DNA from: Candidatus Sigynarchaeum calidifontis
Lineage (GTDB): Archaea; Asgardarchaeota; Lokiarchaeia; Sigyniarchaeales; Sigyniarchaeaceae
Direction: 5' to 3'
Assembly: GCA_030587475.2 (NCBI GenBank)
Contig: JAUQYZ020000189.1
Span: 1 to 64,000 of the forward strand
DNA length: 64,000 nucleotides
Shown: one piece after another, positions 9,738-20,380 of the stretch
How the letters are laid out: each line of letters opens with the position of its first letter
Numbering within the stretch: the first letter of the stretch is position 1
Notes under the pieces: model-generated
Told to the model about the DNA's origin: nothing
Database searches by the model: none
The model's input: the letters and a program-made list of their open reading frames with translations, nothing else
Translations under genes and position numbers: made by a program

Positions 9738-10706
9738 ATGAATGACTATGAACTCCTCGAACGGACAAGGGGTATCATCGCCCCGCTCGTGACGTGGCTC
9801 GACGCGAACGGCGACGTAGACACGGGTTCGATGTGCCAGCATGTCGAGTACGTGCTGAAAAACGGTTGCACCGGGGGTGTTTTCATCCTCGGGAGTACTG
9901 GCGAGGGTCCGTACATTGCTATCGAAGAAAAACGATCTGTAATGCACGAAATCGTGAATTGCGTGAAAGGCCGCGTTCCGGTGATTGCTGGGATTGCTGC
10001 TCACGGGGTGCGATCCGCTTTAGAGCTCGCTCACGTGGCAAAAATGGAAGGAGTTGACGCGGTTATGGTAATCGTTCCACAATACTTCGACTTAAAGCCA
10101 GCTGACGTTGAGATCTACTATCGCAAACTGGCTATTGGTTTAAAGAAGGAGATTCCTATCTTCATGTACTATGCTCCCACGATCACGACAAGCCACCCTA
10201 AAATCTCCCCCGAGCTCGTTTTCCGGCTTGCCAAGGACAAGGTGATATGCGGCATCAAGGCAACGGTCATGGAATGGGAATACATCGCCGACCTCAAGCG
10301 CCTCTTGAAAAGTGATTACACGGCATCGTGCAATGTCTGGTGCGGAACCGACGTCGTTCTCATAGACTGCTTGAAGAACGGGGTTCTCGATTTCGATGGT
10401 GTCATCGCGTCCGCAGCGAACATGTTCCCGGACTTCTATAACGTGCTCATCAACGCATTCAAGGAAAAACCCCGGAACGAGCCAAAATGCAATGGACTTG
10501 AAAAGATCAACGGCATCATCCGCCAGATGTTTTCTGTCGAGAAAGCAGAGATTCCCGCACTCGTGAAATACGCTTTACACTGTGCAAATCTCCCGTTTGC
10601 AAAAAATGTAGGTGTTTCACCCCCCCTTCCATCGCTGGGCCCCGAGGGGCGGGATCACGTGCTCACATGCATCAAGCAATTGAAAGCGAAGGGCATCACC
10701 TTTTGA
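9738..10706 (+). CDS. DapA/NanA-family (class I aldolase/lyase) protein
   Basis: GIIAPLVT, LGSTGE, GRVPVIAG, conserved Tyr (MYYAP) and Schiff-base Lys (GIKAT). Confidence 0.9.
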   Translation: MNDYELLERTRGIIAPLVTWLDANGDVDTGSMCQHVEYVLKNGCTGGVFILGSTGEGPYIAIEEKRSVMHEIVNCVKGRVPVIAGIAAHGVRSALELAHVAKMEGVDAVMVIVPQYFDLKPADVEIYYRKLAIGLKKEIPIFMYYAPTITTSHPKISPELVFRLAKDKVICGIKATVMEWEYIADLKRLLKSDYTASCNVWCGTDVVLIDCLKNGVLDFDGVIASAANMFPDFYNVLINAFKEKPRNEPKCNGLEKINGIIRQMFSVEKAEIPALVKYALHCANLPFAKNVGVSPPLPSLGPEGRDHVLTCIKQLKAKGITF

Positions 10707-10785
10707 TCGTGTCTGCTTTGGTGCTCTATTGAGGGTCATTTTTCCCTCTCGCAATAATTATACCTTTTTTATCATTCTCCCGCGC

Positions 10786-12609
10786 ATGAACGGCTGGCAC
10801 GGCACGCTGCTTCGGATCGACCTCTCTCATGGCAGCGTGAAAAAAGAGTCAATATCCAAGGATGTTCTAAGGGCATATTTGGGCGGCAGGGGCATCGGTG
10901 TCAAGTACCTCGCGGATGAAGTGCCACCGAAAACCGATCCTCTCGGCCCTGGCAACAAGGTCATCATCGCGACCGGCCCGCTCAACGGCACGACGGTTCC
11001 AGCGGCTGGCCGGTTTGCAGCCGTGTCGAAATCTCCTCTCACTGGTACCGTGTTCGATTGCAATTCCGGGGGCTCCTTCGGCGTGTACTTGAAGTCTTGC
11101 GGTTTAGACGCGGTCGTGATCGAGGGCAAGGCGTCCGAGCCAGTGTACCTGTATGTCACCCCGACGGGTTGCTCGATCGAGGCCGCCAAGGGCCTCTGGG
11201 GCAAGGACATCAAATCCACGACGGATGCTCTCCGGGACAAGCACGGGAAAGCTGCTCGTGTGAGTTGTATCGGCCCGGCTGGCGAGAACCTCTTGCTGTT
11301 CGCCAACATCGAAAATGATTACCACCATACGCTCGGCCGGGGCGGGCTCGGTGCCGTTTTCGGGTCTAAAAACCTTAAGGCGATAGTGGTCGACGCGGGG
11401 GAGAAAGAAACGAGAGTACCGACGTCGATCGCACAACCTGACTTACTCCAGGTCGTGATCCAGGAGATCAACAAGCGCATCCAGGCGAGCCCGATGACAG
11501 GCAAGGGACTCAAGATCTTCGGCACCGCCCAACTTGTTAACCTCATGAACGCGATGGGCATTTTCCCTATCAACAACTTCCAGTACGGAACGCACCCCGA
11601 CGCTGACAAGATCAGCGGTGATTCAATAATCGACAAGCTATTCATGTCCAACACTGCGTGCCACATGTGCCCCATCGCGTGTGGCAAGATGACCAAAACA
11701 AGTACCGGGGAAGGGAAGGGTCCAGAATACGAGTCCGACTGGGCACTCGGCGCGGACTGCGGGATATTCGATCTCGAAACCGTCGCTAATGCAAACTACG
11801 CATGTAACGAGCTTGGCATCGACACGATAACGGCCGGGGCCACGATCGCGTGCGCCATGGAACTCAACGAAAAAGGCAAGTTGCCCGCTGCGTGGAAGGA
11901 TGTCACGTTCGGCAACAAGGAGATTTTGCTCCCGCTGGTACAGAAAATCGCTCGCAAGGAGGGTATCGGGAGCGATCTCGCACTGGGCTCCAAGCGGCTC
12001 GCGATGAAATACGGCGCTCCAGAGTTAGCAATGCAAGTCAAGGGCTTGGAAATGCCCGCCTATGACCCGCGCGGCGCTTTCGGGATGGCGCTGGCCTACG
12101 CGACATCGAACCGAGGCGCTTGCCACTTGCGAGCATACACGGTTGGTGCGGAACTGCTCGGCCTCCCGAAATTATTCGACCGGTTTTCATTCTCGGATAA
12201 ACCTGATTTGGTCGTCAAGTTACAAAACGTGAATGCTTTTTTCGATTCGATCGTTGCATGCAAGTTCACCGGTATGGGCGTGCCGGACGATTACTATTCA
12301 CGCGCGGTTTCCGCCGTCACGGGCGAGGATATCACGATCACCGAGGCCGAACATATCGGGGAACGAATCTGGAATTTGGAACGGCTCTATAACATCGCGG
12401 CCGGGCTTGGCAAGGCCGACGACGTGCTTCCACCGCGTTTCTCGACGCCGTTACAGTCTGGTGCATCGAAAGGACACGTTCCCCCGATGGACATCATGCT
12501 CGACATGTACTACGATATCCGAGGATGGTCGAGCGAGGGCGTTCCCAAGCCTGAAACGATCCAGAGACTTGGCTTGGAATCCGATCGAGAGAGGCTTGAT
12601 GTAAAATGA
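10786..12609 (+). CDS. aor: Tungsten-containing aldehyde:ferredoxin oxidoreductase
   Basis: LGGRG, KSPLTG, GRGGLGAVFGSKNLKA, CHMCPIAC, GPEYE, LGIDT, AYDPRG and RGACHLR motifs; start placed at MNGWHG. Confidence 0.95.
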   Translation: MNGWHGTLLRIDLSHGSVKKESISKDVLRAYLGGRGIGVKYLADEVPPKTDPLGPGNKVIIATGPLNGTTVPAAGRFAAVSKSPLTGTVFDCNSGGSFGVYLKSCGLDAVVIEGKASEPVYLYVTPTGCSIEAAKGLWGKDIKSTTDALRDKHGKAARVSCIGPAGENLLLFANIENDYHHTLGRGGLGAVFGSKNLKAIVVDAGEKETRVPTSIAQPDLLQVVIQEINKRIQASPMTGKGLKIFGTAQLVNLMNAMGIFPINNFQYGTHPDADKISGDSIIDKLFMSNTACHMCPIACGKMTKTSTGEGKGPEYESDWALGADCGIFDLETVANANYACNELGIDTITAGATIACAMELNEKGKLPAAWKDVTFGNKEILLPLVQKIARKEGIGSDLALGSKRLAMKYGAPELAMQVKGLEMPAYDPRGAFGMALAYATSNRGACHLRAYTVGAELLGLPKLFDRFSFSDKPDLVVKLQNVNAFFDSIVACKFTGMGVPDDYYSRAVSAVTGEDITITEAEHIGERIWNLERLYNIAAGLGKADDVLPPRFSTPLQSGASKGHVPPMDIMLDMYYDIRGWSSEGVPKPETIQRLGLESDRERLDVK

Positions 12610-13268
12610 GCGAGACAAACCAATCAAAAGGAAAGTTACTCACCGAGGCTATCATCGCCGAGATCTACCCGCAGTTCAAGAAATTCGGGGATTTCCTCCG
12701 GGAGCGCCAGTACAACTCTGCCTCGTCGGGTAACATTGCCGTACGCCGCGGTAACAAGATGTACATCACGAGGCGTGGTTCTATGAAAGGCGATCTGTAT
12801 CCTGGCGATATCGTCGAGGTGAGCATGGATAAGGACGATAGCAACATCGTCATTGCCTCGACAGAAGCCTACGTGCATCGGAACATCATGCGCGAGACAC
12901 CCGCGCTTGCGACGATGCATTGCCACCCGGCCCACACGGTCGTCCTTTCGATGTATTACACGACCGTCATGAAACAAGATTACATCATCCCCATCGACGT
13001 GGAAGGGAATTACGTGCTCAAGAAGATCCCCATCGTCACGCTCAAGAACCCGACTGGCTCGAAAGAGATGGAGGAGGAGATTCCCAAGGCTCTCAAGAAT
13101 TACAACATCATTGTATTGAACGGTCACGGCGTGTTTAGCCGCGGTCCAAACCTTACAGAAGCATTTAACTGGATAACCGTGCTCGAGGAAGCATCCACCT
13201 ATATCTTCAAGGCCATCCAGCTGGGCCTCGATATCAAGGCATTCGAAGGCCGCTACGAGAAATGGTAG
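12606..13268 (+). CDS. Class II aldolase/adducin family (L-fuculose-phosphate aldolase-like)
   Basis: SSGNIAVR, STE, HCHP and NGHG zinc ligands; 4-bp ATGA-type overlap with aor. Confidence 0.88.
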   Translation: MSETNQSKGKLLTEAIIAEIYPQFKKFGDFLRERQYNSASSGNIAVRRGNKMYITRRGSMKGDLYPGDIVEVSMDKDDSNIVIASTEAYVHRNIMRETPALATMHCHPAHTVVLSMYYTTVMKQDYIIPIDVEGNYVLKKIPIVTLKNPTGSKEMEEEIPKALKNYNIIVLNGHGVFSRGPNLTEAFNWITVLEEASTYIFKAIQLGLDIKAFEGRYEKW

Positions 13269-13288
13269 AAAAATAACTTGCATGCTCC

Positions 13289-14230
13289 CTATTTTTTCAG
13301 TTCCTTGATCTTTTCCTGTACTTGCTTCAATTCCCTATGCAATTCGGCCGCGATCTCTCGTTCATCCTTTCCATCCTCGACCATCTGCTTGAGCCGCTCC
13401 ATGTCTTCCGGGTTCCATGACTTGAGAACCCAGCCTTTCGCCCTGACCTTTTCTATGAGGTCTTGTTGCTCGGGCGTGAGCATTGGGTTTGTATCTTTCA
13501 TGCCCGTCCCGCTTTTCGTCCCGAACTTGAGTGTAGAAAACCTTCTAAGTCCCGGGATGCTGGTAGCGTCGCCCTCGTTCGGCGGTGGCGCTTGCTTGGC
13601 TTTATAAGCGGGAGTGCTAGGTCCTTGCTTCGCAAGCAGCAATTCCGGTCTTGCTCGTGATGGCTGGGAGTCAAGCGTGGTTCGCACCTTGACTGCAGGT
13701 TTCACTGGCCGGGAAACATGGGGTACCTGGTCTGACGAAGTCTGGACGACGGGCGCGGTCGCCGGAGTGGCTGATCCTTCCTTCACGATGGAGCTAGTTC
13801 CCTCCTCGAGCGCCCTCACGATCTGGTCTTGAATCATCACGAGCTCGGGTATCGTCTCTTGCTTGTAGACATCGAGGAACGGGTCAACGACCTTCGCGAT
13901 CCGCTCGATCATGCTATAGCTCGTCTCGATCGGCACGAAAACGACCAGGATGAACGGGCGTTTACCGCCGCGTACCTTCTCATCGGGGATGACATCGAAG
14001 AATACCACTGCCAGCTTCTTGATTGAAACCATGGGCACTGAAAAATTAATTTTTGAAAAGTCAGCACGTGCAAAGATGGATTGAGCGTTGATATAGCACC
14101 GCGTGACGAGTACTTCCGGGCTATCATCGACATCTCCTAGTTGCTGCTCTGGAAAAATGGAATCGATGATCAGTGGTCCGCGCTCCTCGTTCCAATCCGC
14201 CAATATGATAGAAGGCTTCTCCGCGGTCAT
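13289..14230 (-). CDS. uDENN/longin-like domain, disordered linker and Myb/HTH-like C-terminus
   Basis: IILADWNEERGP and DEKVRGGKRPFILV motifs; Pro/Ala/Lys-rich linker; WNPEDMERLKQMVEDGKDEREIAAELHR. Confidence 0.6.
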   Translation of the reverse strand: MTAEKPSIILADWNEERGPLIIDSIFPEQQLGDVDDSPEVLVTRCYINAQSIFARADFSKINFSVPMVSIKKLAVVFFDVIPDEKVRGGKRPFILVVFVPIETSYSMIERIAKVVDPFLDVYKQETIPELVMIQDQIVRALEEGTSSIVKEGSATPATAPVVQTSSDQVPHVSRPVKPAVKVRTTLDSQPSRARPELLLAKQGPSTPAYKAKQAPPPNEGDATSIPGLRRFSTLKFGTKSGTGMKDTNPMLTPEQQDLIEKVRAKGWVLKSWNPEDMERLKQMVEDGKDEREIAAELHRELKQVQEKIKELKK

Positions 14231-14298
14231 GAGGGTAGCACTGCTTTTCTGCAATCATGAAACTTAACGTTTAATGATAAATACGTTGCGGAAGTTAA

Positions 14299-15498
14299 TT
14301 GCTTGGTAGATCCATATTGATCTCGATCGTGCAAGTCCCGGCTGCCCGCACGCCGCGGGATGCTCAAAGGCCGATGCAGCAGCTGTTGGCGCAACTCGGC
14401 TTCAAGCCATCATCCCGGAAGGTATTCATCAAGCCGAACATGGTCGATGCGACCGCCCCCATCGAAGCAGTCGACACCGATCCTGCCTTGGTCGGGGGTC
14501 TCGTACTCGCCTTGAAAGAGCGCGGTGCGGACGAATTCATCATCGGAGACGGAACAGGTTATTTTAACGAGGAAAAAAACTGGCTCCGCCTTCTTGATGA
14601 CTCTGGTTACAAGGCAATGGTCGATGAACTAGAAAAGAATCATGGCATTCATGTACATCTGATGAACCTCGAGACCGTGCCTCGCGAGGACTTTCCCTGG
14701 AAATACGGCACGATCAAGCTACCATCCTTGTGTAAAACGCACGCGTATATCAATTTCGCAAAGATGAAAACCCACGTGCACACGCAAGTGACGCTAACGT
14801 GCAAGAACCAAAAGGGCTTGCTATTACTGGCTGACAAGAAGGCATTCCACCTCGCCAAGAAATACGGCAACTTGCACGAGAATATCAAGGAACTTGCACG
14901 CACGGTGCGTCCAGAACTCGCGATAGTCGATGCTACCCGGGCTCTCGAGGGGACCGGTCCCACGACCGCGCCTGCCGGCCAGACGAAAGTACGCCGCTTG
15001 AAGATGTGCATCGGGGGAACAGACATGATAGAAGTAGACAACGCGGCATGCCAAATAATGGGCATCCCCGTCGAATCCGTGCTTCATTTGAGCAAAGTTC
15101 CCGTTACCATCGCGCCCGGCAGCGAGCCTCTCGTGCCTGCTGTTCCCCCGTTCGCGCGTCCCAATCCGGCGATCATGGCAACTGAGAATTTCTTTGTACA
15201 CATGTCCGAAACTTGCTGCACGGGCTGTCAGATGTCGCGATCCCGGATGTTTCGAAAAATCGCGTTTGTTCCCGAGATAAACCAACGTTTTAACTCGTTC
15301 CGGAACAGGCACGGGCGCATTGATTTCGTCATGGGTGCAATGACCGACGAAAATATCGAAAAAATCCACTCTCACGGGGGATTACTCGTGTTCTTCGGTA
15401 ACTGTACAAAAAAAATGGCCGAAAAGCGGGGTTCCATGCACGTACCCGGCTGTCCTCCGGATCATAACGATGCTATCAACGGGCTCATCGGAAAATGA
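14299..15498 (+). CDS. DUF362-domain protein with a C-terminal Cys-rich (Fe-S) module
   Basis: VFIKPN, TDP, AKMKTH, LEGTGP and D..AC..MG motifs; CCTGC, GNC and PGCPP; the true start may be GTG 14329. Confidence 0.85.
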   Translation: MLGRSILISIVQVPAARTPRDAQRPMQQLLAQLGFKPSSRKVFIKPNMVDATAPIEAVDTDPALVGGLVLALKERGADEFIIGDGTGYFNEEKNWLRLLDDSGYKAMVDELEKNHGIHVHLMNLETVPREDFPWKYGTIKLPSLCKTHAYINFAKMKTHVHTQVTLTCKNQKGLLLLADKKAFHLAKKYGNLHENIKELARTVRPELAIVDATRALEGTGPTTAPAGQTKVRRLKMCIGGTDMIEVDNAACQIMGIPVESVLHLSKVPVTIAPGSEPLVPAVPPFARPNPAIMATENFFVHMSETCCTGCQMSRSRMFRKIAFVPEINQRFNSFRNRHGRIDFVMGAMTDENIEKIHSHGGLLVFFGNCTKKMAEKRGSMHVPGCPPDHNDAINGLIGK

Positions 15499-15625
15499 AA
15501 GTAAAACGATCGATCCCGATTCTTTTATGGCTATTCTTAGCTGGATCTTTCAGTAACCAGCGACGGTTTTATTACCTACTTCATGATATATTTCCTTAAC
15601 ATACGGCATGTGGTGCCCCCAAATC

Positions 15626-16285
15626 ATGGAACCAGGCACGACTGTAAAGGACTTGTTTTCCAAGATGAAAAATCCCGTGCGCCTCAAGGTCTTCACGAGT
15701 AAGACCGCGGAGGGATATCGGCAATGCCCTGCATGCGAGGATACCGTGGCGATGGTTGGCGAACTAGCAAAGCTGGCTGGTGGCAAGATCGAATGGGAAG
15801 AAGTGTCGATCCACGTGGATAAAGAAAAATGTGAGACGTATGGCGTGACCAGGGTTCCCACGATCTTGTTCCTGGACTACAACATACGGTACACGGGCGC
15901 GCCCATCGGCCTTGAGACCGCTCCATTCATCCAGACGATAGTGATGGCATCAACAAGGGAATCTTTGCTCGGAGACACGGTAGATGCCCAGCTTGCCCGG
16001 ATCAAGAAGGCAGCCAAGATAACGGTCATCGTGACACCCACTTGCCCATATTGTGCCCAAGCCGTTCTCCTTGAAAACGCGCTCGCGATTCAATCGAAGG
16101 ATAAGGTCTCCGTCGAGATCGTTGAATCGTACGAGAACCCGGACATAGCGCGCAAGTACGAGGTTACAGGGGTTCCCGTCACGATCATCAACGACACGAA
16201 AAAGATAACGGGAGTTCCGAATGTCGCGCTCTTGCTTTCGGCTATGGTCGACGACAAGGCCAAGATGAACGAGATCTATGGTTAA
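15626..16285 (+). CDS. Protein disulfide oxidoreductase (two thioredoxin folds)
   Basis: CPAC and CPYC sites, RVPT, IRYTGAP, GVP. Confidence 0.9.
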   Translation: MEPGTTVKDLFSKMKNPVRLKVFTSKTAEGYRQCPACEDTVAMVGELAKLAGGKIEWEEVSIHVDKEKCETYGVTRVPTILFLDYNIRYTGAPIGLETAPFIQTIVMASTRESLLGDTVDAQLARIKKAAKITVIVTPTCPYCAQAVLLENALAIQSKDKVSVEIVESYENPDIARKYEVTGVPVTIINDTKKITGVPNVALLLSAMVDDKAKMNEIYG

Positions 16286-16317
16286 TCAAGGAAAAAAAGA
16301 AATATATTATTAACTTT

Positions 16318-19092
16318 TTAGATCTTCGTCGATTTTCGCCGCTTTGGTAACGTGAGTACGCGCCGGTTGTACGCAAGGATGTATCCAAATATCATGTTCA
16401 CTGCGATTGAAGCGATCACGATCATTAAGAGCCATGGAAACTCCGGCGCGGTAGAAACCTTCGTAAAGCGTATCGTCAAGGTTAATCCAGGCGCGATCGT
16501 AGCGAACTTGATATAAACACGCCCGGGCAACACGGGTGTCGTGTAATAGGTTAGGTTAACGACGAAAAAGCCATAGAAGCGCTCGAACGTGCTCGTGGCG
16601 TTGGTTCCCGCGCTGGACGTGAGCATCCCATTGATGATCAGCGTGTCCAAGCCAGATTTCTCGATAGCTATCCCGTACTTGTATCCCGGTTCTAGATCGA
16701 CATAATAGTATTGGTAAAAGTCGGGGAGTTGATACGTGATCCCTATCTGCGTGTACTCCAAGTTGCTCCTCACGTTGGTTCCATCCTGTATCTTGACGGG
16801 ATTATAAGCTTTCTTGGAAACGCTCGTGGAAAAGTTTTGCACGATTGATCCATCGGCCATGATGACCAGGTAACCGACTTGGTTCGCCTGGATCAAGGGA
16901 TTGTACCCGAACACCTCCCGCGTGAAGCTTGAATAGGCAGGTTCAGCGTAGTAACCGAACATAGAGTAAATCTTGTTGGGGTAGATTATGTCGACTTTTG
17001 GGCGATTAAAAGCGGTGCTTTCGCTGGCAATGTGCCAGTAAAGCGCGCTCCCACCGCTGTTGTCTACTTGTGTCCACTTCGAGAGGTCATTCTGGAAGTC
17101 ATCGAAAAAGATGGCTTGAGTCGTGTTACCGACCCGGACGTCGTCGATGACCGGACCCAGTTCACCAGATCCCATGTTGTTCGTGGAAAAGTTGAAGATA
17201 ACCTGAACTTGTGCGCCAGAGTGAGCCGTGATGGCAAAGTTTCTAGTCGTGGGCGAAATGATAGTTCCTGACTCTGTCGTGACAAGTGTCATTGCTGTTT
17301 CATTCTTCACGTACACGTTGAGCACATCACCAGCTTGCATGCGGCCTGAAATCACGTAACTCAAGGTAATAGTTCCAAGGAGGCCTGTCGTGCTGAATGG
17401 GTTGGAAATAAGCGCATTGTTCAAATTGCGGGGGTAGATACCATCGTCATTGCAGTACAAGTTTGCATCGGCGCTCACTGGGGTCACGTTCCACGACCGT
17501 ATGCCCCACTTGAACTGCGCGAAATCTTCGAAACCGAACTGGCGAACGTGGAACATGTCGAAGGAGCCATGGGGATAACCGAGACTCGTGCCGATATTGA
17601 CACTTTCCCCCGAGTTGAGAGCGGGGATCGGCATCGAAGTAACGTTGACCAGGCATGAAAAGTTCAAGTATGCTATTGTTGGCGTGGCCGTGATAATGAT
17701 ACCTAGCCGCTGCGTTCCTGTGGATGTTGATACAGCTGGAGTTGCACTCCCCAGACCGGCGAACCAGTACTGATAGGTGGAAAACGAGTTGCTCGTGAAG
17801 GACGTGGCCGAGTTCAAGTACACGTTGTTCTGGCTTGTTGCAAAGATCGTCGCACTTTCGGTCTCGTTCACGCCTCTCAAGTTGAGGTTATATAGTAACC
17901 CGTTATCTTTACCTAGGGCAAAGAATTGTGCAGCTACGTTCCAGTTCAACTGTGTATTTAAGACATTCTCGGTGAACTCGATGTTAAAGAGGGTAGCACC
18001 CGAGATCTCGATCACGCGGAACGCACGGTTCAATCCTTCGAGCGTGAAGTTGATGATGTTATCGGCGAGTGGCATCGTGGAAAACGTGACCGATTGATCC
18101 GTGATGGCGGAGAAACTCCACGACAGACTTGCGTCAGCAACCGTGTTCGAGTTGATGATAAACCCCGGCAGCCCGCTCCCGTCAAGATTGATATTGCGGA
18201 ACGAGGGCACGTACACGTCGTTCACAACACCAATGCTGGGCATGGTATACCTTCTCACGTTCCCGCTCAGGTCCTTTCGCCACTGTATCAATGTCAAGGT
18301 ACTGTTCGATACGATGGTCTCGTTGAGAATGCTGTCTGTTAAAACGGAATTTCCCAATGTACTCAATTGGACTAGATTCATCGATTGAGGTTCGAAGACC
18401 GTGGAGACATTCGACGTCGTGCTCGTGTAATTTAATCTCATGGCAGGTGTCGCGAGCGAAATCGTCGTCCATTCCAGCGTTGCGAGATTATTGTATGTAT
18501 CCAACGTGGACCGCAAGATAATGAGCAGTTTACACGCGATCTGCTCCTTTGCATAGTTAGAATCAATGTACACGAGAAATGATTTGTTCGTGCCACTTGA
18601 AATTGTTACACCTTGCGTGACGCGGCTCGAAAACGTGATGCTATTCCAATTATTGTAGCCACCCCACAATGGCACTCCCGCAGAAATTAAGATGTCATCC
18701 GAGTACTCGCTCGCGCTTTTCTGGTTATAATAATCAGTGACAGTCACGTTGTGGACGAGCGTCACATCGAAAGTTGCAGCACCCGTGCTCGTTGCGGTGA
18801 AGTTGTACATGTTCCCGCGAGACAAGATAACCGTGTGGGCTTCATACGTACCCGTTGCTTGCAAACTCATGTTGACATCTATCGAGCCAGAAGCTTGGCT
18901 AGCGATAGGCTCGACCGGAATTAATTGCATTCCATCTTCCAAGATGTTCTCGCTGGTGGCAATATTGCCTGGTAGCGATATTCCAATAAATACAGGGGTG
19001 AACAGCAGCACGGCGAAGGTAATGACCGTGCCGAGCTTGATCCGAGGTTGAGTATATCTGTTCATATGTATCGGGGTCATCGACCCATACAT
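16318..19092 (-). CDS. Large secreted beta-rich surface glycoprotein with a C-terminal TM anchor
   Basis: N-terminal hydrophobic signal; S/T/N-rich with many N-x-S/T sequons; C-terminal TM followed by KRRK tail. Confidence 0.8.
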   Translation of the reverse strand: MYGSMTPIHMNRYTQPRIKLGTVITFAVLLFTPVFIGISLPGNIATSENILEDGMQLIPVEPIASQASGSIDVNMSLQATGTYEAHTVILSRGNMYNFTATSTGAATFDVTLVHNVTVTDYYNQKSASEYSDDILISAGVPLWGGYNNWNSITFSSRVTQGVTISSGTNKSFLVYIDSNYAKEQIACKLLIILRSTLDTYNNLATLEWTTISLATPAMRLNYTSTTSNVSTVFEPQSMNLVQLSTLGNSVLTDSILNETIVSNSTLTLIQWRKDLSGNVRRYTMPSIGVVNDVYVPSFRNINLDGSGLPGFIINSNTVADASLSWSFSAITDQSVTFSTMPLADNIINFTLEGLNRAFRVIEISGATLFNIEFTENVLNTQLNWNVAAQFFALGKDNGLLYNLNLRGVNETESATIFATSQNNVYLNSATSFTSNSFSTYQYWFAGLGSATPAVSTSTGTQRLGIIITATPTIAYLNFSCLVNVTSMPIPALNSGESVNIGTSLGYPHGSFDMFHVRQFGFEDFAQFKWGIRSWNVTPVSADANLYCNDDGIYPRNLNNALISNPFSTTGLLGTITLSYVISGRMQAGDVLNVYVKNETAMTLVTTESGTIISPTTRNFAITAHSGAQVQVIFNFSTNNMGSGELGPVIDDVRVGNTTQAIFFDDFQNDLSKWTQVDNSGGSALYWHIASESTAFNRPKVDIIYPNKIYSMFGYYAEPAYSSFTREVFGYNPLIQANQVGYLVIMADGSIVQNFSTSVSKKAYNPVKIQDGTNVRSNLEYTQIGITYQLPDFYQYYYVDLEPGYKYGIAIEKSGLDTLIINGMLTSSAGTNATSTFERFYGFFVVNLTYYTTPVLPGRVYIKFATIAPGLTLTIRFTKVSTAPEFPWLLMIVIASIAVNMIFGYILAYNRRVLTLPKRRKSTKI

Positions 19093-19186
19093 GCTTAAAA
19101 ATAACTAGGGCATAATTGTTCCCCGCACATCGTGTTGTTTGTCTGGATCATAAAACAAAAGGCTGATGAAAAACAGATGATTAATA

Positions 19187-20380
19187 TCACGTCATGATTC
19201 CGACACGTTTCTTGATCTCTTTTTCTGGCACTTCCTTGTTAATGTTCTGGGTCACGAATCCCTCGTCCTTCTTGGCCTGGAGCAAGATCGAGCCAATGAG
19301 TTTCCCATCGCGCACGACGAACTTCTTGAAGACACCCTTCACCTCGTCTTTCGAGATGAACACGCGGCAGTCCTGGTCTGCGTCGTCCAGGATCGCCGAG
19401 CCCGCTGACATGACGTCGAGATCCATGATCTTGAGCTTGTTGGAGGGAACCGTCGGTACGTACGGGTCACATGGTTCGCCTGCAATCTTTTTTGCAGCGA
19501 CGGCGGCCTGTTCAAGAGCAGCTGGTATGATGCCCCACCCCTTTCCTCCGAATTCAACGACATCGCCCGCCGCGAAAATATTTTCGTCACTCGTTTGCAT
19601 GAACTCGTTCACGACGATGGCCTTGTTCACTTTCAAACCAGCCTTGATTGCTAGATCGATCCGTGGCTTGATGCCCGCAGAAACGAGCACGATGTCCGCA
19701 TCGAGTGTCTTGTTACCGGCGAGCTTGACACCCGTGACATGTTCGTTTCCTATTATCTCCTCCACGGTCGTGCCCAAGACCGTGTCTATGCCGAGCTGGT
19801 GAATTTGCTCGGTCAACATTCCCGCGCTCGTGGAGCATAACTGCTTGGGAAGCAGTCTGGGAAACACCTCCACGACGGTCGTGTCTAAACCGGATTTCTT
19901 CACGTTCCGCGCCGCTTCAAGGCCGAGCAACCCGCCCCCGATGCACACGGCCTTTTTTTTCCCCTTGATATATTCCTTGATGGCAAGGGCATCGTCGATC
20001 GTCCGGAGGGTAAACACGCCCTTGACGCTGGCATTCTTGAACGGCGGCATGTTGCACGTGGCACCCGTGGCGATGCACAGCTTGTCATAATCGACGACAG
20101 CCCCTGAATCGACCTTGACCTTGCATTTCTTGGGATCCAAGTCAATCACGAGGCTATTTGGATGGAAATCGATCATTTTTGAATCATACCACTTGGCGTC
20201 ACGCATGATGATGCTTTCAGGTGTCTTGAGCCCCGAGATTATCTCCGGTAACCAAACCCGCGAGTAGTAACCGTATTTCTCGTCGCTGAAGACTTCTATC
20301 TTGGCCGAGCTGTTGTATTTGCGGACATCCTCCGCGACCTTCATGCCCGCCACGCCGTTGCCGATGATCACGACTTTCAT
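19187..20380 (-). CDS. FAD/NAD(P)H oxidoreductase (NADH:rubredoxin oxidoreductase / NirB N-terminal-like)
   Basis: IIGNGVAG, IATGA, IGGGLLGLE and TSDENIFAAGD motifs. Confidence 0.92.
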   Translation of the reverse strand: MKVVIIGNGVAGMKVAEDVRKYNSSAKIEVFSDEKYGYYSRVWLPEIISGLKTPESIIMRDAKWYDSKMIDFHPNSLVIDLDPKKCKVKVDSGAVVDYDKLCIATGATCNMPPFKNASVKGVFTLRTIDDALAIKEYIKGKKKAVCIGGGLLGLEAARNVKKSGLDTTVVEVFPRLLPKQLCSTSAGMLTEQIHQLGIDTVLGTTVEEIIGNEHVTGVKLAGNKTLDADIVLVSAGIKPRIDLAIKAGLKVNKAIVVNEFMQTSDENIFAAGDVVEFGGKGWGIIPAALEQAAVAAKKIAGEPCDPYVPTVPSNKLKIMDLDVMSAGSAILDDADQDCRVFISKDEVKGVFKKFVVRDGKLIGSILLQAKKDEGFVTQNINKEVPEKEIKKRVGIMT

